Positions 18,869 to 28,933 of a stretch of DNA of 64,000 bases are shown one piece after another. Position numbers and translations under genes: made by a program. Under the pieces are notes generated by a model. The model was not told the DNA's origin, made no database searches, and was given only the letters and a program-made list of their open reading frames with translations. How positions within the stretch are numbered: position 1 is the first letter of the stretch; each line of letters starts with the position of its first letter. Source of the DNA: a bacterium (lineage in GTDB: Bacteria; Patescibacteriota; Dojkabacteria; JAKAPS01; JAJZLI01); the NCBI GenBank assembly GCA_021791275.1, contig JAJYWX010000029.1, forward strand, positions 14,074 to 78,073, in the 5' to 3' direction.

Positions 18869-20665
18869 TTACTGTTTTATTATTGTTATAAATTCATTGA
18901 TATTTAAGATTTCTGTATAATTTAAATCTGATCTCCAGTTTATATTCAATATCCAATCTTTATTTTTTTTATACTCACTTATTTCTTTTTCTCCAATGAC
19001 TATTTTAGCAGGTATCTTTTCTAAGGATGCATTTCTTATCTTTTTTGATATGCTCTCATCTTTCAAGTCTACTTCAGATCTAATTCCATTACATTTTAAA
19101 ATATCATTAATTTGTTTTGATTCAGGAATATATTTATCTGATACTGGAAGTATTTTTACCTGTACAGGTGAAAATCTCAAAGGAAAATTCCCACTAGTCT
19201 GTTCAATAAAAAATCCAATAAATCTTTCATAGGAACCTAAGAGTGATCTATGAATCACTATTGGGGTATCACTCTCTCCTTTATTGTTAATATAGGTAAG
19301 TCCCATCCTGTGAGGTATTACATTGTCAATTTGTACTGTTGCTATAGTATCTTCCTTATTTTCGATATTCTTTATTTGTACATCAAGTTTTGGTCCATAA
19401 AAAGCTGCATCACCAATACCCTCGTAATATTGAGATTTAGTCTCTTCTAATCCTTCTTTTATTATTTGTGCAGAAAAATCCCAATCTTTCTTATCTCCAA
19501 GGAATTTTTCTTTATTAAAATCTGGTAAAGATAGTCTAAAATAGTAATTTTTTATATTCATTTCTTGATAAACTTCTTGAAATAGATTTATTACTTTTAT
19601 AAACTCTTCTTTTAAATTTTCTCTACTAGTATATATATGTGCATCGTTTTGAGTCAAAGGACCCCTTACTCTTATTAATCCTGATAATGTTCCAGATCTT
19701 TCATATCTGTATAAAGGAGAATCTTCAGCTATTTTTATTGGAAGATCTTTATAACTTCTGACTTCACTTTTATATACTAAATGATGAAAAGGACAATTCA
19801 TAGGTTTTACGTAAAATATATTCTTTTCCTTATCAATAATTTTGTACATGTCATCTGAGTAAAAATATTTATGTCCAGAAAGTTCAAATAGTTTTTCATT
19901 AGTGATTATTGGTGTTGATACATAGATATAACCTAATTTATCTTGCTTTTCTCGCATATATTCAATCAATAATTTTTTTAATATCTCTCCTTTGGGAAGA
20001 AATATTGGAAGTCCCTGGCCTACTTCATCAAAAAATGTAAAAATTTTTAATTTTTGCCCAATTATTCTATGATCATTTTTTCTTCTCTCTTCTCTATCCT
20101 TAAGATAATCATCCAATTCTTTTTTGGTATTAAAACAAGCGGCATATATTCTTGTAAGCATTGGGTTTTTTTCATCACCTCTAAAATATGCCCCAGCTAT
20201 AGATACCAGTTTAAACTCTCCTATTTCTGAAAAACTATCTACATGCCCACCTCTGCATAAGTTTATAAAATCTCCTGATTTATAAAAAGTTACTGTGTCA
20301 TTAGATTCTTTTTTATTTTTCTTATCCATATCCTTTTTTACAGTAGATCCAAATGTTTCGATATCATTTAAAAGTGAAAGTGAATAAATTTGTTTATTAT
20401 CATTCAAAAATTTTTTTGCTTCAGATATAGTCATTTCGACTTTTTCAAATTTATAATTGTCTTTTTTTAATTTTTTCATTTCCTTCTCTATTCTTGGAAG
20501 GTCAGATTCTGTTATTTTTATATCTCCAAAGTCGAAGTCATAGTAGAATCCATAGTCAATAGATGGCCCTATAGCAAATTTAACATTTGGATATAAATTT
20601 TGAACTGCATATGCTAAAAGATGTGCTCCCGAGTGGCGCATATCGTCTAATTTAGAGTTTTTCAT
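18869..20665 (-). CDS. thrS: Threonine--tRNA ligase lacking the N-terminal TGS domain
   Basis: RHSGAH, LCRGGH, KPMNCPFH, YRYERSG, AAFYGPKLD; ATG 20665 preferred over TTG 20704. Confidence 0.96.
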   Translation of the reverse strand: MKNSKLDDMRHSGAHLLAYAVQNLYPNVKFAIGPSIDYGFYYDFDFGDIKITESDLPRIEKEMKKLKKDNYKFEKVEMTISEAKKFLNDNKQIYSLSLLNDIETFGSTVKKDMDKKNKKESNDTVTFYKSGDFINLCRGGHVDSFSEIGEFKLVSIAGAYFRGDEKNPMLTRIYAACFNTKKELDDYLKDREERRKNDHRIIGQKLKIFTFFDEVGQGLPIFLPKGEILKKLLIEYMREKQDKLGYIYVSTPIITNEKLFELSGHKYFYSDDMYKIIDKEKNIFYVKPMNCPFHHLVYKSEVRSYKDLPIKIAEDSPLYRYERSGTLSGLIRVRGPLTQNDAHIYTSRENLKEEFIKVINLFQEVYQEMNIKNYYFRLSLPDFNKEKFLGDKKDWDFSAQIIKEGLEETKSQYYEGIGDAAFYGPKLDVQIKNIENKEDTIATVQIDNVIPHRMGLTYINNKGESDTPIVIHRSLLGSYERFIGFFIEQTSGNFPLRFSPVQVKILPVSDKYIPESKQINDILKCNGIRSEVDLKDESISKKIRNASLEKIPAKIVIGEKEISEYKKNKDWILNINWRSDLNYTEILNINEFITIIKQ

Positions 20666-21269
20666 ATCTTCTTCTTTCAAATCTTTTAAATAAAAAATAA
20701 GCAATTAATATAACTATCGCTAGTACAGTTATATATGTTAGATTTCTTGTTATACTCTCCAATAAGGGTAGGTTTTTGCCTAAGAAAAAACCTAATAATC
20801 CATAAAAAACTGACCACAATATAGCTCCAGCTATATTGTATATAAAAAATGGTCTATATTCAATTCTATGTATCCCTGCTGTAATTGGAATAAATACCCT
20901 AAATACAGATATAAATCTACCAATTAATATTGATTTGAGACCATATTTCTCAAAGAATTTCTTTGTATATGGGATATATTTGATATTTACTTTTAATGAT
21001 TTATTGAGAAATTTAATAAAATTTTCTCCATAATTTTTACCTATGAAATAGCCAATATTATCCCCTAGAGATGCTGCTATTATAGCTGTTAGTATTACTA
21101 AAAATATATTTATTCTTCCTGGATATTGTGATGCGATTATTGATCCTGTAATTAGAGATGTTTCTCCTGGTAAAGGGACTCCTAGGCATTCTACTAATAT
21201 TAATACTCCTATTATTATATATCCATAACTGAGAATTATTGGAAATAAAGTATGTATATATATTTGCAT
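20652..21269 (-). CDS. DedA family membrane protein
   Basis: ECLGVPLPGETSL, GDNIGYFIG, GRFISVFR. Confidence 0.92.
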   Translation of the reverse strand: MQIYIHTLFPIILSYGYIIIGVLILVECLGVPLPGETSLITGSIIASQYPGRINIFLVILTAIIAASLGDNIGYFIGKNYGENFIKFLNKSLKVNIKYIPYTKKFFEKYGLKSILIGRFISVFRVFIPITAGIHRIEYRPFFIYNIAGAILWSVFYGLLGFFLGKNLPLLESITRNLTYITVLAIVILIAYFLFKRFERRRYEKL

Positions 21270-21290
21270 TTATTAGTATATAAAATATAT

Positions 21291-21364
21291 TGGGTTCGAC
21301 AGGATTCGAACCAGTGACCTCAACAATGTCAATGTTGTGCTCTAACCAACTGAGCTACGAACCC
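21291..21364 (-). tRNA. tRNA-Val(GAC)
   Basis: GGGTTCG/CGAACCC acceptor; CAACA-TTGACAT-TGTTG anticodon arm; TTCGAAT loop; one T-stem mismatch; no encoded CCA. Confidence 0.93.
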
Positions 21365-21378
21365 TCCTAAATATCTAA

Positions 21379-21954
21379 TTATTTAATAACTTTATCTATT
21401 ATTCCGTAATCTTTAGCTTCTTCTGCTGTCATCCAAAAATCTCTATCAACATCCTTGTCAATTTTTGATCTTTTTTGTCCTGTATTTTTTGCAAGTATTG
21501 AATTTAGAGAATCTCTCATTTTAAGTATCCTTCTTGCTGAAATTTCAATATCACTGGCTTGACCTTCAGTTCCTCCATGAGGTTGGTGTATTAATATAGA
21601 AGAGCTTGGTAATGCAAATCTTTTGCCCTTTGCTCCAGAAGATAATATTATTGAGGCCATTGAAGCTGCAACTCCAACTGCAATTGTTGAAACGTCTGGT
21701 GTAATATGGTTCATTGTGTCATAAATTGCCATTCCTGCATCTATTACTCCGCCTGGTGAGTTTATATATAATGAAATATCTTTTTTAGGATCCTCTTTTT
21801 GTAAGAATAGTAATTCAGCAATAACTAAATTTGCCAAATTGTCGTCTATAATATCACCTAGAAATATTATTCTATCTTCAAGAAGTCTTGAATATATATC
21901 ATATACTCTTTCCCCTCTTGGTGTTTTTTCTATTATTGTAGGTATTATTGTCAT
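21379..21954 (-). CDS. clpP: ATP-dependent Clp protease proteolytic subunit
   Basis: [20 protein letters not shown] (Ser), IHQP (His). Confidence 0.97.
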   Translation of the reverse strand: MTIIPTIIEKTPRGERVYDIYSRLLEDRIIFLGDIIDDNLANLVIAELLFLQKEDPKKDISLYINSPGGVIDAGMAIYDTMNHITPDVSTIAVGVAASMASIILSSGAKGKRFALPSSSILIHQPHGGTEGQASDIEISARRILKMRDSLNSILAKNTGQKRSKIDKDVDRDFWMTAEEAKDYGIIDKVIK

Positions 21955-22877
21955 GATTTTGATTTTATTAAATTAATCGCATATTTTAAGCTTTTGTAAT
22001 AACGAATATTGTACACTAACTCTTCTGGATTTATATTTTTAATTTCATCTTTATCCATATTTTGAATTTGCTCATTGATGTCTTCTCTACTTACCTCAAT
22101 CTTATTATTTTTAGCAATATTTTCAGTGAAAATATCAAGTTTTAGCTGATCTATAACTTCTTTTTCTAAATCTTTAATCAATTTTTCTTTATCAATTTTT
22201 GATCTTTTGAAATATTCTTCTGTTGATATTCCCATACTTTTAGCAAATTCGTCTACATTATCTAAGGATTTTTGGATATGCTCTTCTATAAGATATTCTG
22301 GTATTTCATTTTTACTTATTTTTATATTCTCTAATATTTTCTCTATTATTAAGTTGTCATAGATATTTTCTAAGTACCTTTCTTTATTATCTTCTAAATC
22401 TTTTAGAATTTCTTTATTATTATCCTTCTTATATTTCTCTTCTTCTTTTTTAAATTTTTTGTTTATAAGATCCTTTTCTACTTTTATACTGTTTATATCA
22501 AAATTTTCTAATGTGGGTTTTATATAACATGTAATTGTTAAATGGATATCATTATCCTTGTTTACCTTGTCTAAGAACTGTTCATTGAATATTATTCTTA
22601 AAGGATTAATATCATTATCATAAATCAAATCAACGACACTTCTTTGTATTTTTATATAACTTTCTTCGAGTATTTCATTTTTATATCTTTTGAAAATAAG
22701 TTCTTTAGGAGCATTTCCTTTTCTAAATCCTTTTATTTCTTTATTTTTAACAAAATTATTTGTAAAACTATCAATAGTATCATTAACAAAATTTTTATCA
22801 ATTTTTAATTCCAATATTATTTTGGATTTTGAATCTTGTTTTTTTTCTGTAATTTTTATTAATTTATTCTTATTCAT
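21951..22877 (-). CDS. tig: Trigger factor lacking the FKBP PPIase domain
   Basis: GFRKGNAP ribosome-binding loop, SurA-like C-terminus, only 308 aa, directly upstream of clpP. Confidence 0.8.
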   Translation of the reverse strand: MNKNKLIKITEKKQDSKSKIILELKIDKNFVNDTIDSFTNNFVKNKEIKGFRKGNAPKELIFKRYKNEILEESYIKIQRSVVDLIYDNDINPLRIIFNEQFLDKVNKDNDIHLTITCYIKPTLENFDINSIKVEKDLINKKFKKEEEKYKKDNNKEILKDLEDNKERYLENIYDNLIIEKILENIKISKNEIPEYLIEEHIQKSLDNVDEFAKSMGISTEEYFKRSKIDKEKLIKDLEKEVIDQLKLDIFTENIAKNNKIEVSREDINEQIQNMDKDEIKNINPEELVYNIRYYKSLKYAINLIKSKS

Positions 22878-23352
22878 ATAGGTCGTCGTCTATCTTTGTT
22901 TCTAAGTCAGATATGAAATTTTCCTCATTGTCAAAGAAATCTCCGGTATTAATGGGAGCTTCAGAATTTTCAAATCCAGCCTCATCTTCTTCCTCGTCTG
23001 AAGTATTCTTTTTGAGAGGTTTTCCGCATATTGGACAATATTCAGATTCAAGTACATCTTCTTTACAATTACTACATTTAACAACACTAATATCAGAAAT
23101 ATTAGTTTTTGATTTATTTCTTCCTTCTTCTTCTTCTATATCAACTATATTTGTATCATCCTCAGTCTCATCATCAGGTAAGTCAAGCTCTGTATCTATG
23201 CTATCATCAGATGTATCCTCATCTATATCTAGTATATCAACATCTTCTTCTATTGAATTTTCATCCAATTCTATATCCTCATCATTATTTTTAGTTTTTA
23301 TCTTTTTATTTTTACTCATATGTATGTTACTATTAATTAATATCATCTCCAC
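22870..23352 (-). CDS. Highly acidic protein with zinc ribbon (start may be 23352, 23346 or 23319)
   Basis: Asp/Glu-rich flanks around CSNC-x8-CPICG; overlaps the tig start. Confidence 0.75.
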   Translation of the reverse strand: MEMILINSNIHMSKNKKIKTKNNDEDIELDENSIEEDVDILDIDEDTSDDSIDTELDLPDDETEDDTNIVDIEEEEGRNKSKTNISDISVVKCSNCKEDVLESEYCPICGKPLKKNTSDEEEDEAGFENSEAPINTGDFFDNEENFISDLETKIDDDLYE

Positions 23353-23367
23353 TATAATATATTATAG
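23352..23367. promoter_or_regulatory. Perfect 16-bp palindrome carrying TATAAT on both strands
   Basis: CTATAATATATTATAG between divergent genes. Confidence 0.55.
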
Positions 23368-23381
23368 AAGAAAGGATTTCT

Positions 23382-24017
23382 ATGAATACAATATTATCAA
23401 TTTTTGCTAAATTTATTATACAATCTATTGTCAAGTTTTCATATATAGGTATATTTTTATGGATGCTTCTAGAAAGTTTTAACATACCAATTCCCTCAGA
23501 GTTAGTAATGACATTTTCAGGGTTTCTATCTTATTCTCACACATTAAATATCTATCTAGTTATACTAGTAGGCACTTTGGGTAATGTTTTGGGTTCAGTC
23601 TTGTCATATTATCTTGGTTATTATGGGGGATATCCTTTTTTAGAGAAATATGGAAAGTACATATTTATATCAGATAAAGATATAGTTAGAGCTCATAAAT
23701 GGTTTGAAAGAGATGGAGAGGCTGCAGTTTTTTTTACTAGGGTTCTTCCTGTTTTTAGAACTTTTATATCTCTTCCTGCAGGAATAGCAAAAATGGATAT
23801 AAAGAAATTCATTTTATATACTACCCTTGGGACTCTTATATGGGATATTGTATTATCATTTTTAGGTTATTATTTTGCCTCCAATTGGCAAAAAATTTAT
23901 AAAGTAATAGATAATATATCAATATATTTCTTCATTGCGTTCTTATTAATACTCGCTATTTATTTTTATAAAAAATATAGAGAGAAAAGGAAATCAGCTC
24001 AAAAGTTTATTAAATAA
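23382..24017 (+). CDS. DedA family membrane protein
   Basis: ESFNIPIPSELVM, GSVLSYYLG, RVLPVFRTFISLPAG. Confidence 0.93.
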   Translation: MNTILSIFAKFIIQSIVKFSYIGIFLWMLLESFNIPIPSELVMTFSGFLSYSHTLNIYLVILVGTLGNVLGSVLSYYLGYYGGYPFLEKYGKYIFISDKDIVRAHKWFERDGEAAVFFTRVLPVFRTFISLPAGIAKMDIKKFILYTTLGTLIWDIVLSFLGYYFASNWQKIYKVIDNISIYFFIAFLLILAIYFYKKYREKRKSAQKFIK

Positions 24018-25055
24018 ATGAAGTGTTTCTTTTGCACTTTTTTCCCATGAGTATTTTTCAGCTTCTAGTAATCCTAGTTTTATTAAGTCGTTTTTTCTTT
24101 TTATAGATTCGATTATTCCATCTGCCATATCCATTAAATCATTTGGATTAACCAATATTGCAGCATTTTCGGCAATCTCTTTCATTGCAGAATTATCTGA
24201 AGTCACTACGGCTACCCCACTCGCAAATGCCTCTAATATTGGTAACCCAAATCCCTCCTCCTTTGATATATATAATAGTACATCTGTATTTGCAAAAATA
24301 TCTGCAAGGCGAGTATTAGATACGTATCCTGTTACTAAAACATCTTTTTCTAATCCAAAATCAGTAATGGTTTTCATTAAATTTTCGTAATCATCTCCCT
24401 TCTTACCTACTATTCTTAATTTAGTTTCCCCGAATTTATCTTTTATTATTGGCACAACTTTAACTATATGAGTAAAGTTCTTCCTCTTGTTTATTGTTCC
24501 AAGACAGAGCATATTTAAAGATTTATTTTTTCTTTTTTTAGGGGTATGGTAATACAATTTTTTATCATATGCCTCATATATTACTTCTATTTTGTTTTTT
24601 GAAATATTATAATTTTTTAATATCTCATTTTTTGTAAATTTTGATACTGCAATAACTTTATTGGCATTATGAATAGCATTTTTTATAAAAAATTTCGTAC
24701 TATTTAAGTTTTTCCCCATATATTTGAAAGATAAATCATGAACAGTTATGACTTTTTTTACATCCTTGTTTAAGATTAATGGTAGTGATGGTATTGGAGA
24801 AAAAACTAAATCGATATTGTCATTTTTGATTCTTCTGGGTATACTTCTGTGTAACCAGAATCTTTCATTTTTTAATGAAACTATCCGTATATTTTTATAT
24901 ATATTTTTTAATGGGTGGTTTACGTATACTATGAATTCAAAATTTCCATTTGCTTTATCAAATTCTTTTAATAGATTCTCAGTATAGTTCTCTATTCCAG
25001 TATCCTCCTGGTTTAATATATCTTTAGCTATTATTCCTATCTTGTATTTACTCAT
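23994..25055 (-). CDS. GT4 glycosyltransferase
   Basis: TVHDL, RKN, EGFGLPILEA, YSWEK. Confidence 0.92.
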   Translation of the reverse strand: MSKYKIGIIAKDILNQEDTGIENYTENLLKEFDKANGNFEFIVYVNHPLKNIYKNIRIVSLKNERFWLHRSIPRRIKNDNIDLVFSPIPSLPLILNKDVKKVITVHDLSFKYMGKNLNSTKFFIKNAIHNANKVIAVSKFTKNEILKNYNISKNKIEVIYEAYDKKLYYHTPKKRKNKSLNMLCLGTINKRKNFTHIVKVVPIIKDKFGETKLRIVGKKGDDYENLMKTITDFGLEKDVLVTGYVSNTRLADIFANTDVLLYISKEEGFGLPILEAFASGVAVVTSDNSAMKEIAENAAILVNPNDLMDMADGIIESIKRKNDLIKLGLLEAEKYSWEKSAKETLHLFNKLLS

Positions 25056-25089
25056 TCAATAAAAGGTTGATATAATGTAGCTTGTAACT

Positions 25090-25161
25090 GGGGGTATAGC
25101 TCAATGGTAGAGCATCAGCCTCTTAAGCTGTTGGTTCTGGGTTCGAATCCCAGTGCCCTCA
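25090..25161 (+). tRNA. tRNA-Lys(CTT)
   Basis: Cloverleaf; anticodon loop CTCTTAA; GGTTCGAATCC; TGATATAAT upstream. Confidence 0.93.
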
Positions 25162-25178
25162 ATTATATATAACATATT

Positions 25179-25252
25179 AACACCTAGAGAGATTCGAACT
25201 CTCGACCTTCTCGTTCGAAGCGAGATGCTCTAATCCGCTGAGCTATAGGTGT
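25179..25252 (-). tRNA. tRNA-Arg(TCG)
   Basis: ACACCTA/TAGGTGT acceptor; TCTCG-CTTCGAA-CGAGA anticodon arm. Confidence 0.92.
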
Positions 25253-25261
25253 TTATTTATT

Positions 25262-25335
25262 TGCTCTCGGCAGGACTCGAACCTGCAGTCTTCTCCTTAG
25301 AAGGGAGTTGCTTTATCCTATTAAGCTACGAAAGC
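25262..25335 (-). tRNA. tRNA-Arg(TCT)
   Basis: GCTTTCG/CGAGAGC acceptor; loop CTTCTAA; GCAGG-TTCGAGT-CCTGC T arm. Confidence 0.93.
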
Positions 25336-25342
25336 ACAAATG

Positions 25343-25417
25343 GGTAAATGGTGGGGTTCGAACCCACGACCTACCGCTCCACAGGCAGTCGCTCTGACCA
25401 ACTGAGCTACATTTACC
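25343..25417 (-). tRNA. tRNA-His(GTG) with encoded G-1
   Basis: G-GTAAATG/CATTTAC-C acceptor; loop CTGTGGA. Confidence 0.93.
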
Positions 25418-25454
25418 AATAAACCTAATTCATTTTATCAAAATATAGCTAAAT

Positions 25455-26036
25455 TTAAAAATTTTTCACCATAACCTTATCTCCAATTTTGATATTATTT
25501 TCTAATACATATCTAGGGTTTACTTCTAAAACGTACATAGAATAGTGATTTGGATTATAGATTAAACACTTATCTGATTTACAAGGAATGGCTTTCATTA
25601 TTGATATTATGGCCATATTTTTTGATATAAATAACATATCTAATGGTATTAATGTATTTGCCATCCAAAAAGGATGCTTTTTATAATTTGAAAAGATAAA
25701 TAACATACCCTGATTTATTTTTAGATTTGTATCTTCCATTAATCCTACATCTTGATCATATTGGCTTTTTGCTATATATACATTCAATTTTTTATTTTTA
25801 ACATATACTAAAGTTTTCATCTCACTATTTCTTACTGAATTAGCTTCTGATTGCGTTATCTTTATTGCTCCAGAAGTACTTAGGTATTCATTTTTATTTG
25901 AAGTATTTATATTACTATTGTAATTTTTATCCTTATACAAAAAGAATATGGAGAGAAAAACTATTATAAATAAAGCTGGGTAAATAGAATTTTTTGCTAA
26001 TATATAATAAAAATTATCGTTTTTTTTATCTTTCAT
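25455..26036 (-). CDS. DUF192 family protein with N-terminal membrane anchor
   Basis: GLM, GMLFIF, FWMANTLIPLDMLFI, YVLEVN, IKIGD. Confidence 0.88.
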   Translation of the reverse strand: MKDKKNDNFYYILAKNSIYPALFIIVFLSIFFLYKDKNYNSNINTSNKNEYLSTSGAIKITQSEANSVRNSEMKTLVYVKNKKLNVYIAKSQYDQDVGLMEDTNLKINQGMLFIFSNYKKHPFWMANTLIPLDMLFISKNMAIISIMKAIPCKSDKCLIYNPNHYSMYVLEVNPRYVLENNIKIGDKVMVKNF

Positions 26037-26090
26037 GTAGATAATTATAGCAAAAAGTATTTTTATTTTATTTTTGTTATAATGCTTAAT

Positions 26091-26648
26091 ATGGTTTTAT
26101 CTGATTATGATATAGAGGAAGAATTAAAAAAAGGAGATTTTTCCATTACTCCATATGATAAATCTTCATTACAACCCTCTTCATATGATTTACATTTAGG
26201 CTCTAAATTTATAGTATTTGATAATCATAATATTGATGTTATTGATGTTAAAATAAAAAATAACAATTTTAGAACTATAGATGTTTCAGAAAAAGGATTC
26301 TTTATGATTCATCCTAATAATTTCGTATTATCTTCAACAATTGAAAAAGTAAAAATGCCTAAATATTTATGTGGCAGAATTGAGGGTAAGTCTTCTATAG
26401 GAAGGCTTGGTTTAATTGTTCATGTTACTGCAGGCTACATAGATCCCGGATTTGATGGAACGTTAACATTGGAAATGTTTAATCTCTCTTCTGTTCCAAT
26501 AAAAATTTATCCTGATATGAAAATTGCACAGTTGTCTTTATTACTTTTAAAAACCCCTTCAAAGAAATCTTATGGGGAGTATGGAAATAAATATCAAGGG
26601 CAGATTGATCCGAAGGAAAGTATGTTTTGGAAAAATTTTGAGGAATAG
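26091..26648 (+). CDS. dcd: dCTP deaminase
   Basis: QPSSYDLHLG, EGKSSIGRLG, TAGYIDPGF, KYQGQ; ATG 26091 preferred because ATG 26082 lies inside the -10 box. Confidence 0.95.
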   Translation: MVLSDYDIEEELKKGDFSITPYDKSSLQPSSYDLHLGSKFIVFDNHNIDVIDVKIKNNNFRTIDVSEKGFFMIHPNNFVLSSTIEKVKMPKYLCGRIEGKSSIGRLGLIVHVTAGYIDPGFDGTLTLEMFNLSSVPIKIYPDMKIAQLSLLLLKTPSKKSYGEYGNKYQGQIDPKESMFWKNFEE

Positions 26649-26669
26649 TCTTATTTAAATATATAAATT

Positions 26670-27773
26670 TCACTTATCCCAATCTAAATAAGACTTAATG
26701 GAATTTGAAATTCTTATATTTGCATCTTTAGGAATGTCTATATTCACATCATCTTTGATACTTAATAATTGTTCAATATCAGTAGTTAAATCTTCAAAAT
26801 TAAGATTTTTTTCTTCAATAATTAATATCTTATTAGAAGTATTTTTAGCTATTAATGCGTTATATTTTTGATCATCTTTTGCTCCAATTTCTAAGGGGAC
26901 TAAAATTGCTTTTTTATTTAATAGGAGTATCTCATATACAGTATTTGCTCCTGATCTCCCTATTATAATTTCTGATTTAGAAAAAACTTCTCCAATGGTA
27001 TTTTCATTAATATTATCAAAAGTTAGATATTTATTTTGAACATCTCTATCTAATGATTTTTTTATATTTAATGATTCTTGATAATCTTTTTTACCTGTTT
27101 GATGAATTATATTATATTTTTTGATTAAATCTTTTATTATTTTAAATATAAAGTTGTTTATTATACTAGAACCCTGTCCTCCCCCTGTTATGTATAGTAT
27201 CGTATCGTTAGATTCAAATTTAATAGTATTACTATTCTTTTGAAATATTTCTTTTCTTACTATATTCCCTGTATATATAATATCTTTACTTTTATCTAAA
27301 TATTTTTGGGTCTCAGTCCAAGATATAAATATCTTATTAGCGTATTTAGAGCTAACTTTATCTGAGAGTCCTAATCTAGGGGTTTGTATATGTGTGAAAA
27401 TTTTCTTATTAAAAATTTTTGCACATATTACTATTGGAACAGATACATAACTTCCAAAAGTCATTATTAAATCTGGATTGTATTTTATAATATAATATAT
27501 CGATTGTATAAAACCTAAGGGTATTTTAAGTAAAGATATCAGTCCCTTTATACTAATAAATCTATATATTTTCCCTGTATTTAAAGATAAGAATTTTATA
27601 TTATATTTTTTTGTAAATATATATTCATTAGAAAAATTTTTATCAAATAATATTGTATGCTTTACTCCTACATAGTAGAGATTATAATTTTTATCATTAA
27701 TGAATTCTTCTACAATGGCTTGTGCAGGAGTAAAATGCCCTCCGACTATAAATATTGTTTTTTTATTTTGCAT
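26670..27773 (-). CDS. murG: MurG (lipid II GlcNAc transferase)
   Basis: GGHFTPA, FGSYVSVP, TGGGQGS, RSGANT, DQKYNA; follows ftsW. Confidence 0.9.
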   Translation of the reverse strand: MQNKKTIFIVGGHFTPAQAIVEEFINDKNYNLYYVGVKHTILFDKNFSNEYIFTKKYNIKFLSLNTGKIYRFISIKGLISLLKIPLGFIQSIYYIIKYNPDLIMTFGSYVSVPIVICAKIFNKKIFTHIQTPRLGLSDKVSSKYANKIFISWTETQKYLDKSKDIIYTGNIVRKEIFQKNSNTIKFESNDTILYITGGGQGSSIINNFIFKIIKDLIKKYNIIHQTGKKDYQESLNIKKSLDRDVQNKYLTFDNINENTIGEVFSKSEIIIGRSGANTVYEILLLNKKAILVPLEIGAKDDQKYNALIAKNTSNKILIIEEKNLNFEDLTTDIEQLLSIKDDVNIDIPKDANIRISNSIKSYLDWDK

Positions 27774-28893
27774 TATGTTTACTATTTATACTAAGTACGA
27801 TACCTATAGAAGTAAGAAGTGCTATAACTGAACTTCCGCCATAACTTATCAGTGGTAAAGGTACTCCAGTCAGAGGTATTACTCCGATATTTGCAGCTAT
27901 ATTTATAAATGCTTGTATTCCTATCCAAGCAGCTATTCCTGTAGCAACTAATTTACCAAAATAGTCATCTGTATTAGTGGCAACTTTCAATATTAGATAT
28001 ATTAGATATAGATATAGAGCTATAAGTACAAGTGCACCTATTAAACCTAATTCTTCAGCTATGATTGCGAATATAGAATCTGTTATTGCTGTATTCCCAA
28101 CTAAATATTGATTTTTTTGAATTGATTGGGTAAACCCTACTCCAGTTAATCCTCCAGTTCCTATGGCTATAAGAATTTGGTGAACTTGATAGCCTGATCC
28201 TAAATTAGTACTAGTACTATGATTCCCTTTTAAATATGTTAAGAGTCTTTGTAATCTATATGGTTCTATTATTATTGAAATAATTCCTAATCCCAAATAA
28301 GTTAATGATGTAATTATAAAATCTATTACGAAGAAATTATTATTGTCATTTGCAAACAATATAAAAATAGATATAGAAACTATTATTATTGTAGTTCCCA
28401 TATCTTTTTCTATTAATATCATTCCCGCTATAACCATGGTTATTATTAAATAAGGAATTAGGAAATTTTTTATATTATCTTTTGTATCCTTTATTAGTAG
28501 TGATTTTTTTTCTTGAAATTTTGTAAGCCAAGCTGAAATATATAATATAAAGAATAGTTTGGCAAATTCTGAAGGTTGGAAACTAGTTACCCCAAATAAA
28601 CTAATCCATCTTTGTGATCCATTAATTTTAGATGAGAAGAAATAAACAATAAAAAGAAATATAATAGTTACCGTTATAAGAAAAAATGAATAGTTTTTTA
28701 ATTTCTTATAATCAAATTTATACATTATAAATGCAGCTATGCTACCTATTACCATCCATATAGATTGCAACATTATATAATGATATCTTTGTGCCACAAG
28801 CCCCATTGATCCATCAAAAACCATTATCAAACCGAATATTGCCAGGATTATGGTCGTAATAACTATCTTTTTATTTAAACTCTGAGTTTGCAT
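27763..28893 (-). CDS. ftsW: SEDS protein FtsW
   Basis: RWI, FQPSEFAK, TDSIFAIIAEELG, PLTGVPLPLISYGGSS; directly upstream of murG. Confidence 0.9.
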   Translation of the reverse strand: MQTQSLNKKIVITTIILAIFGLIMVFDGSMGLVAQRYHYIMLQSIWMVIGSIAAFIMYKFDYKKLKNYSFFLITVTIIFLFIVYFFSSKINGSQRWISLFGVTSFQPSEFAKLFFILYISAWLTKFQEKKSLLIKDTKDNIKNFLIPYLIITMVIAGMILIEKDMGTTIIIVSISIFILFANDNNNFFVIDFIITSLTYLGLGIISIIIEPYRLQRLLTYLKGNHSTSTNLGSGYQVHQILIAIGTGGLTGVGFTQSIQKNQYLVGNTAITDSIFAIIAEELGLIGALVLIALYLYLIYLILKVATNTDDYFGKLVATGIAAWIGIQAFINIAANIGVIPLTGVPLPLISYGGSSVIALLTSIGIVLSINSKHNAK

Positions 28894-28933
28894 ATATAAT
28901 TTATAGCATATTTCTATATATGCACGGAAGTAT

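Noticed and set aside
18869-22877. tig and thrS as truncated pseudogenes
   Set aside because: Frames are intact and coupled to neighbours; loss of the FKBP and TGS domains is clean domain streamlining
22913-23410. 165-aa Ser-rich plus-strand ORF
   Set aside because: Antisense shadow of the Asp/Glu codons of the acidic protein
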